Position numbers and translations under genes: made by a program
Shown: piece by piece, positions 8,565-13,719 of the stretch
How positions within the stretch are numbered: position 1 is the first letter of the stretch
How the letters are laid out: every line of letters starts with the position of its first letter
DNA from: an uncultured Pseudomonadota bacterium
GTDB taxonomy: Bacteria; SAR324; NAC60-12
Assembly: GCA_913020725.1 (NCBI GenBank)
Contig: CAJWCD010000104.1
Location: forward strand, 1 to 13,719
DNA length: 13,719 bases
Direction of reading: 5' to 3'
Notes under the pieces: model-generated
What the model was told of the DNA's origin: nothing
Seen by the model: only the letters and a program-made list of their open reading frames with translations
Database searches by the model: none

Positions 8565-9296
8565 TCAGGATTGGGGAGTCGCCTCCCGGATCACCTTCAG
8601 CATTTCGCGCACGGCTTCGGAAATACCAGTGAAAACACTACGGCTGATGATGCTGTGTCCAATGTGCAACTCCCGGAGCTGCGGAAGCTGGCAAATTTGA
8701 CGAGTGTTGTGGTAGTTGAGCCCGTGCCCGGCGTTGACCTGCAAACCTGCTGCGTGCGCCTCGAGTGCGGCTTGGTGCAGACGAGCTAACTCCTGCTCGA
8801 TGCTTTCTGGAGCGTTCGCGTTCGCGTAGCTTCCCGTGTGCAGTTCAACAACCTCGGCACCCAACGCTTGGCTGGCTTCGATTTGCTGGGAATCCGGATC
8901 GATGAACAGGCTGACGTGAATGCCCGCGTCCTTGAGCTTGCGGATGCCGTCCTTCATCACTCCCGACGCTCCTGCTGCATCCAGCCCGCCTTCTGTCGTG
9001 ATTTCCTCGCGGAGTTCCGGAACCAGCATGACGATATCCGGTTTCACCTCCAGCGCGATTCCAAACATTTCCGCTGTTGCCGCCATTTCCAGATTGAGCC
9101 GAGTCTGGATGGTTTTCCGGAGGATGTGAACGTCGCGGTCCAGAATGTGCCGACGATCCTCACGCAGGTGGATTGTGATGCCGTGCGCACCAGCCAGTTC
9201 CACAAGCGCAGCGGCAGTGACTGGATCGGGCTCGATGGTCCGGCGGGCTTGCCGGACCGTGGCGATGTGATCAACGTTGACGTGCAGAAAAATCAC
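8565..9296 (-). CDS. pdxJ: Pyridoxine 5'-phosphate synthase
   Basis: VNVDHIATVRQAR, GITIHLREDRRHI, TTEGGLD, VSLFID, VELHTG, NAGHGL and IGHSII motifs. GTG start at 9296. Confidence 0.96.
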   Translation of the reverse strand: MIFLHVNVDHIATVRQARRTIEPDPVTAAALVELAGAHGITIHLREDRRHILDRDVHILRKTIQTRLNLEMAATAEMFGIALEVKPDIVMLVPELREEITTEGGLDAAGASGVMKDGIRKLKDAGIHVSLFIDPDSQQIEASQALGAEVVELHTGSYANANAPESIEQELARLHQAALEAHAAGLQVNAGHGLNYHNTRQICQLPQLRELHIGHSIISRSVFTGISEAVREMLKVIREATPQS

Positions 9297-10257
9297 TTGA
9301 TTGAACTCGCTGTTTGAGTTTTTCAGATTTCTCCAGTGTCTCCTTTTTCACCCAAAGGGAAATGGGAGGCCATTGCTCCAGAATGTTCACCTCTTCCGGA
9401 AGGATCGGGGCGGGTTTCACCTTGTTGTAAACGCCAGGCTTGTACTTGCGCAGATCAATCACCCCGTAAAGCCCGGAGGCATTCAGGCTCTTAACCACCT
9501 CAGCAGGGCCTTCGACGAAAATGTTGAAGACGTTCGGATTGATCACGCTGACATAGGCCGTATTTCGGAGGTACACGGGCACATTGTCAAACCGTTTCTT
9601 GACGGGCAAGCTCCGCAGGTTCACCTGTGCAGTGTAGAACTCCACCCCCTCGTCCAGAATCTGCAAACTGTGCGGCGGCAAGTCGAGTTGGATGATCATC
9701 TCGGTGCTGTGATTCAATTCGCTCAAGTCGATCACCATCGTCGCCACGGTTTCGAGGGAGGCCAGTTGTGACTTAGCACCCCGGACTCGCACGAATGATG
9801 GCGTGATCTCGATGGAATCGAGCAGGAAGCCCTTCTGTACCTCTCCTTGGCGACGAACCTGCACCGGCAGGGTTTTCTCGATCAGTTCCTCGATGGAGAG
9901 CATGACCTTTGGCGGAGTGATCCGGGTGATGTGGATATCTACCGGGGCAGTGATGTTGCTCTCGGTCAACACATACTCCACCTGCCCGTCCTGCGCTGTG
10001 CTGAGGTCTATGATCGCCTGAACGGCCAGAGGATTGAGGCTGCCTCCGCGATTCTTGGTTCGCGCTGAGATGTTCACTTGTGGGGGATCAGACGAAACCT
10101 GAAAATTCTGGGGTAGGTTCTTGAACACCACGGGCACAAAAAAACTCATCTGGATTGGATCGCCCACCTGCTTGGCGAGGTACCACACGAACAGTGCTAG
10201 CAGGATCGACAGTCCCTTGAATCCTAGGTTTTCTGAGAACCATGACAAACGCGGCAT
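9271..10257 (-). CDS. cdaR: CdaR/YbbR family membrane-anchored regulator of diadenylate cyclase
   Basis: ENLGFKGLSILLALFVWY N-terminal TM, repeated beta-rich YbbR units ending in IDLS/IDLS/IDLR, and position directly downstream of cdaA. Start is ATG 10257 or TTG 10260. Confidence 0.85.
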   Translation of the reverse strand: MPRLSWFSENLGFKGLSILLALFVWYLAKQVGDPIQMSFFVPVVFKNLPQNFQVSSDPPQVNISARTKNRGGSLNPLAVQAIIDLSTAQDGQVEYVLTESNITAPVDIHITRITPPKVMLSIEELIEKTLPVQVRRQGEVQKGFLLDSIEITPSFVRVRGAKSQLASLETVATMVIDLSELNHSTEMIIQLDLPPHSLQILDEGVEFYTAQVNLRSLPVKKRFDNVPVYLRNTAYVSVINPNVFNIFVEGPAEVVKSLNASGLYGVIDLRKYKPGVYNKVKPAPILPEEVNILEQWPPISLWVKKETLEKSEKLKQRVQSSDFSARQR

Positions 10258-10261
10258 CAAC

Positions 10262-11143
10262 TTAGCTGGTGGCGGGGTTGGCTTGGGTGGCGTGCGCTGT
10301 CTCGGCGTCTTCCGGCAGTACGGGTGACACAGAATCGTCGCCGTTCACAAGTTTTTCCGATCCAGGAAGTTCGGTGAGCTTTCCGGAGAGTAAATCGAGA
10401 ATAAGCGGACGGAGTTGCCGGCCTTGATTGCGGAGGATGCTGCCCCGGCAGCAGAGGCTGATTTCACGGCGTTCTTCGGAGACCACCAAAACCACGGCAT
10501 CGCTTTCTTCGGTGACACCGACGGCAGCACGGTGTCGGGTACCCAAATCCTCACCCAGTCGAGTGTTCATCGAAACCGGCAGGATGCACCGAGCGGCCGC
10601 CAACACACCTTTGGGGCTCAGCACGACTGCGCCGTCATGCAGTGGAGAGGTGGGGGCGAAGATGCTCAGCAACAAGGGTTCGCTGACCTCGGCATTGAGT
10701 GTGGTGCCGCGATCAGTGTGGTTGCGCAACCCGACTTCGCGCTCAAAAACGATGAGTGCACCAATCCTCCGGCGCGCCATCGTTTCGCACGTCTGCAGCA
10801 CGGTGTCCACAATCGTTTGCTGTTTGGATCCATGATCCCGGAACATTGTGAACAACCCAAACTGCGCAAGCGCATTCCGGATGTCGGCCTGAAACAACAC
10901 AACCACCACCAATACGAGGGAGTTCGCCAGATTGTCCAGCAGTAGCAGGGTGGCCTCGAGTTGCAGGGCGAGAGAAAGCACATACAACCCCAGCAACAGC
11001 GAGAAGCCGAGTAGCATGGAGATTGTCCGGGTGCCCTTGATGAGGATGAGCAACCGGTAAAAGATCAGGCTGAGGAGCAGGAGGTCAATGAGGTCTGGCC
11101 ACTGAAGATCGAGGTTCTCGACAAACGTGGCAACGGGACTCAC
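10262..11143 (-). CDS. cdaA: Diadenylate cyclase CdaA (DisA_N/DAC domain with N-terminal TM helices)
   Basis: Hydrophobic N-terminus with IKGTR and VVLFQADIRNAL, then IGALIVFER, SPLHDGAVV, LGTRHRAAVG and VVSEE. Both the DGA and RHR catalytic motifs are intact. GTG start. Confidence 0.94.
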   Translation of the reverse strand: MSPVATFVENLDLQWPDLIDLLLLSLIFYRLLILIKGTRTISMLLGFSLLLGLYVLSLALQLEATLLLLDNLANSLVLVVVVLFQADIRNALAQFGLFTMFRDHGSKQQTIVDTVLQTCETMARRRIGALIVFEREVGLRNHTDRGTTLNAEVSEPLLLSIFAPTSPLHDGAVVLSPKGVLAAARCILPVSMNTRLGEDLGTRHRAAVGVTEESDAVVLVVSEERREISLCCRGSILRNQGRQLRPLILDLLSGKLTELPGSEKLVNGDDSVSPVLPEDAETAHATQANPATS

Positions 11144-11193
11144 AAGAACAGGTCGGGAATGCGGTTGAGTGGTTGTTCAGTTTGCGACTGCGA

Positions 11194-12990
11194 TCATGCG
11201 GGTGCGGGCTGACGCAGGCTTTGAGCAACTTCCTCTCCGCCCACGGTCTCCTTCTCAATCAGGGTTTGGGCGAGGTGCTCCAAGGCTTGATAGTTTTCCT
11301 TGAGGATGGTGCTGGCGCGGTCGTAGCACTCGGTGAGGATGCGCAGCACCTCCTCGTCAATCATACGCGAAGATTCGTTGCTGAAGCCTTTGTGGCGCTG
11401 GAGATCCCGCCCCAAAAACACCTGCCCAGGATTTTCTGTGTAGGAGACTGGACCGAGTTTCTCGTTCATCCCCCACTGGCAGACCATCTTGCGGGCCAGT
11501 TCAGTCGCCTTCTTGAGATCGTCACTGGCCCCGGTTGTGAATTGTTGGAAGACCAACTGCTCGGCAGCGCGTCCACCCATGATCATCGAAATCTGGCTCA
11601 ACAATCCCCTGCGGTTGTAGCTGTGGCGGTCCTCTTCGGGTAGCAGTTGCGTGACTCCAAGCGCCCGTCCTCGTGGGATGATTGTGACCTTGTGGACGGG
11701 GTCGCATTCCGGAAGTGAAACGGCGACCAACGCGTGTCCAGCCTCGTGGTAGGCGGTGGTGCGTTTTTCATCATCCGTGATGACCATGCTCCGGCGTTCG
11801 CCGCCCATCAGCACCTTGTCCTTGGCGTACTCGAAATCGGTCATGTCCACCTTGTCCTTGTCGTTGCGCGCGGCCCAGAGCGCCGCTTCGTTGGCAAGGT
11901 TGGACAAGTCGGCTCCGGTGAATCCGGGAGTGCCACGGGCAATCACCTGAAGGTCCACCTCCTCGCCCAACTCCATTTCCCCGGTGTGGACCTTGAGGAT
12001 GTTCTCGCGCCCCTGCACGTCCGGACGTGGCACCACCACATGTCGATCAAAGCGCCCTGGACGCAGCAAGGCAGGATCAAGCACGTCCGGACGATTTGTT
12101 GCCGCAACGACGATGATGCCCTCGTTGGGGGTAAAGCCGTCCATTTCGACGAGCAACTGGTTGAGGGTCTGCTCGCGCTCGTCGTTGCCACCACCTAGTC
12201 CGGCCCCTCGGCTACGGCCCACGGCGTCGATTTCATCAATGAAGATGATGCAGGGCGAGTGCTTCTTGCCCTGCTCAAAGAGATCCCGGACACGGCTCGC
12301 GCCCACGCCGACGAACATCTCCACAAAATCCGAGCCGCTGATGCTGAAGAACGGCACCTCCGCCTCCCCGGCAATCGCCTTGGCAAGCAGAGTTTTGCCC
12401 GATCCTGGATCGCCCATCAGCAAGACGCCACGCGGAATCTCGCCGCCCAATTTCTCAAATTTTTGCGGATCGGAGAGAAAGTCCACAATCTCCGAGACTT
12501 CCTCCCGTGCTTCGTCAATGCCCTGCACGTCTGCGAAAGTGATGGTGTTCTCACCTTTCTCCAGCATCCGCGCCCGGACTTTCCCAAAACTCATTGCCCG
12601 ATTCCCGCCGCCTTGCACCTGCCGCATGAAGAAGAGCCAGATGCCGATGATGAGCAGCATCGGGAGCCAACTGTTGAGGATCGCGAAGAAAAGATTGCCC
12701 TGATCCGGAGGCTCCACGCGCACTCGCACCTGATGGTGCTCCAGCAGTTCAAAAAGCGCGGGGTAGTTCGGCACCTGCGTCTGGAAGTGCCCATTGGTGT
12801 CGCTCACGCCGATCACTTGGCGTTCACGCAAGGTGACTTCCAGCACACTTCCGGATTCAACTTGGGTGATGAAGTCAGAGAAGGAGAGTTGGCGTTCTTC
12901 GGACTGGCGGTTGCCGAGCACATTGAAGAGCAGCAACATCACCATGCCGATGACGAGCCAGATGCCCAAATTCCGCATGAAGTTGTTCAT
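11194..12990 (-). CDS. ftsH: ATP-dependent zinc metalloprotease FtsH
   Basis: Two N-terminal TM segments, Walker A GDPGSGKT, pore FVG, Walker [31 protein letters not shown], and zinc motif HEAGH. Confidence 0.98.
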   Translation of the reverse strand: MNNFMRNLGIWLVIGMVMLLLFNVLGNRQSEERQLSFSDFITQVESGSVLEVTLRERQVIGVSDTNGHFQTQVPNYPALFELLEHHQVRVRVEPPDQGNLFFAILNSWLPMLLIIGIWLFFMRQVQGGGNRAMSFGKVRARMLEKGENTITFADVQGIDEAREEVSEIVDFLSDPQKFEKLGGEIPRGVLLMGDPGSGKTLLAKAIAGEAEVPFFSISGSDFVEMFVGVGASRVRDLFEQGKKHSPCIIFIDEIDAVGRSRGAGLGGGNDEREQTLNQLLVEMDGFTPNEGIIVVAATNRPDVLDPALLRPGRFDRHVVVPRPDVQGRENILKVHTGEMELGEEVDLQVIARGTPGFTGADLSNLANEAALWAARNDKDKVDMTDFEYAKDKVLMGGERRSMVITDDEKRTTAYHEAGHALVAVSLPECDPVHKVTIIPRGRALGVTQLLPEEDRHSYNRRGLLSQISMIMGGRAAEQLVFQQFTTGASDDLKKATELARKMVCQWGMNEKLGPVSYTENPGQVFLGRDLQRHKGFSNESSRMIDEEVLRILTECYDRASTILKENYQALEHLAQTLIEKETVGGEEVAQSLRQPAPA

Positions 12991-13110
12991 GCCTGTTTCT
13001 GAGAAAGGTTTTTACGGATGCTTGTTAAGCGTAGAACTTCTCAAGTTTATCTGAAGATCGTCCCACATTGACCACAGAAAGGCAAGCACTGGATCAAGCT
13101 GCTTGAAAAA

Positions 13111-13626
13111 CTATGTTCCAATACTTTGAATTGCATCCGTTTCGGACGTTGCTCGGAACAGCAGCACGGTGGCTTGTGCGGCGATTCCTTCTTCGCGTCC
13201 CGTGAAACCGAGGCGTTCCGTGGTGGTGGCTTTTACAGACACGCGATCAAGTGCAACCCGGAGGGCATGGGCAAGCTTCGCCCGCATCTGCGGGATATGA
13301 GGAGCGAGTCTGGGGCGCTGCGCGATCACGATGCAGTCGAGGTTGCCGCAGATATAGCCGTGCTTCCGGACGAGCGTTTCCACCTCGCAGAGCAACGCGA
13401 GGCTGTCCGCACCCTTGTAACGGGGGTCGGTGTCTGGAAAATGCTGGCCGAGGTCGCCGAGCGCAAGGGCACCGAGCAAGGCATCCATCACGGCATGGCT
13501 GAGGACATCGGCGTCGGAGTGGCCCTCCAGCCCGCGATCATGGGGAATCTCGACCCCGCTGAGAATGAGCTTACGGCCTGCGGCAAAGGCGTGAACGTCA
13601 AATCCGCTTCCGATTCGAAAAGGCAT
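13111..13626 (-). CDS. ispF: 2-C-methyl-D-erythritol 2,4-cyclodiphosphate synthase
   Basis: [31 protein letters not shown] and [22 protein letters not shown] motifs. ATG at 13626 (MPFRIG) matches the family N-terminus. Confidence 0.96.
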   Translation of the reverse strand: MPFRIGSGFDVHAFAAGRKLILSGVEIPHDRGLEGHSDADVLSHAVMDALLGALALGDLGQHFPDTDPRYKGADSLALLCEVETLVRKHGYICGNLDCIVIAQRPRLAPHIPQMRAKLAHALRVALDRVSVKATTTERLGFTGREEGIAAQATVLLFRATSETDAIQSIGT

Positions 13627-13719
13627 CAGCAAAGGCAAATGAGGGTTCGTGGACAGTCTAAACTTGATGGTCTCGCAAGAACCCAAGGGCACCGACTTCT
13701 GAAAAAATTCGGATGCTCA

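Larger units (their letters stand above)
493..13370. repeat. Dispersed, highly iterated palindromic hexamer TCCGGA (about 40 copies)
   Basis: Hand-located starts: 493, 750, 916, 1213, 1610, 1706, 1887, 1955, 2099, 2207, 2755, 3130, 3226, 3349, 3756, 4203, 4530, 5009, 5150, 5743, 5905, 6007, 6078, 6094, 6324, 6423, 7668, 8021, 8893, 9016, 9116, 9395, 10382, 10876, 11708, 12020, 12086, 12704, 12850, 13365. Confidence 0.8.

Noticed and set aside
10262..11143. Cyclic-nucleotide anti-phage (CBASS-like) system built on the cyclase
   Set aside because: The cyclase is a housekeeping TM-DAC CdaA with CdaR, not a CD-NTase, and there are no effector-like genes nearby.
12015..12093. 13-bp direct repeat GCACGTCCGGACG (12015 and 12081), the first inside a 14-bp perfect palindrome CACGTCCGGACGTG (12016-12029)
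   Set aside because: Both copies encode RPDV in conserved FtsH segments and are extensions of the TCCGGA bias. There are only two copies, so this is not a CRISPR array or operator.
12991..13110. Possible promoter, heat-shock element or c-di-AMP riboswitch upstream of ftsH
   Set aside because: Only weak matches were found (TTGCCT-17-GACGAT on the minus strand). I see no CIRCE repeat and no recognisable riboswitch architecture.
13627..13692. N-terminal extension of IspF, or a remnant of an IspD-IspF fusion
   Set aside because: The 22 extra residues show no IspD resemblance, and the frame is closed upstream within the window. MPFRIG is the typical start.

Overview
This is a bacterial core-genome window, about 57-60% GC by eye. 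Gene order and protein style suggest a deltaproteobacterial-type lineage, possibly SAR324-like, but that is inference only. The minus strand carries ispF followed by a tightly packed seven-gene run: ftsH, cdaA (c-di-AMP cyclase), cdaR/ybbR, pdxJ, rng, a PurO-like IMP cyclohydrolase, and a PilZ/acidic-linker/pseudo-receiver protein. That run converges at a strong hairpin on a plus-strand FMN-binding glutamate synthase family gene. This gene is divergent from leuB and a YyaL/SPATA20-like thioredoxin-domain gene. The first ~115 bp may hold the 3' end of a plus-strand gene, possibly the end of an IS. I see no CRISPR array, RNA gene, prophage or defence system. Three observations stand out: (1) about 40 copies of the palindrome TCCGGA in all reading frames, resembling a HIP1-like iterated palindrome; (2) a PilZ protein with intact c-di-GMP motifs fused to a degenerate receiver that has Glu at the phosphoacceptor site, apparently co-transcribed with the c-di-AMP cyclase; (3) an ftsH-cdaA-cdaR-pdxJ cluster lacking the usual folP and glmM.
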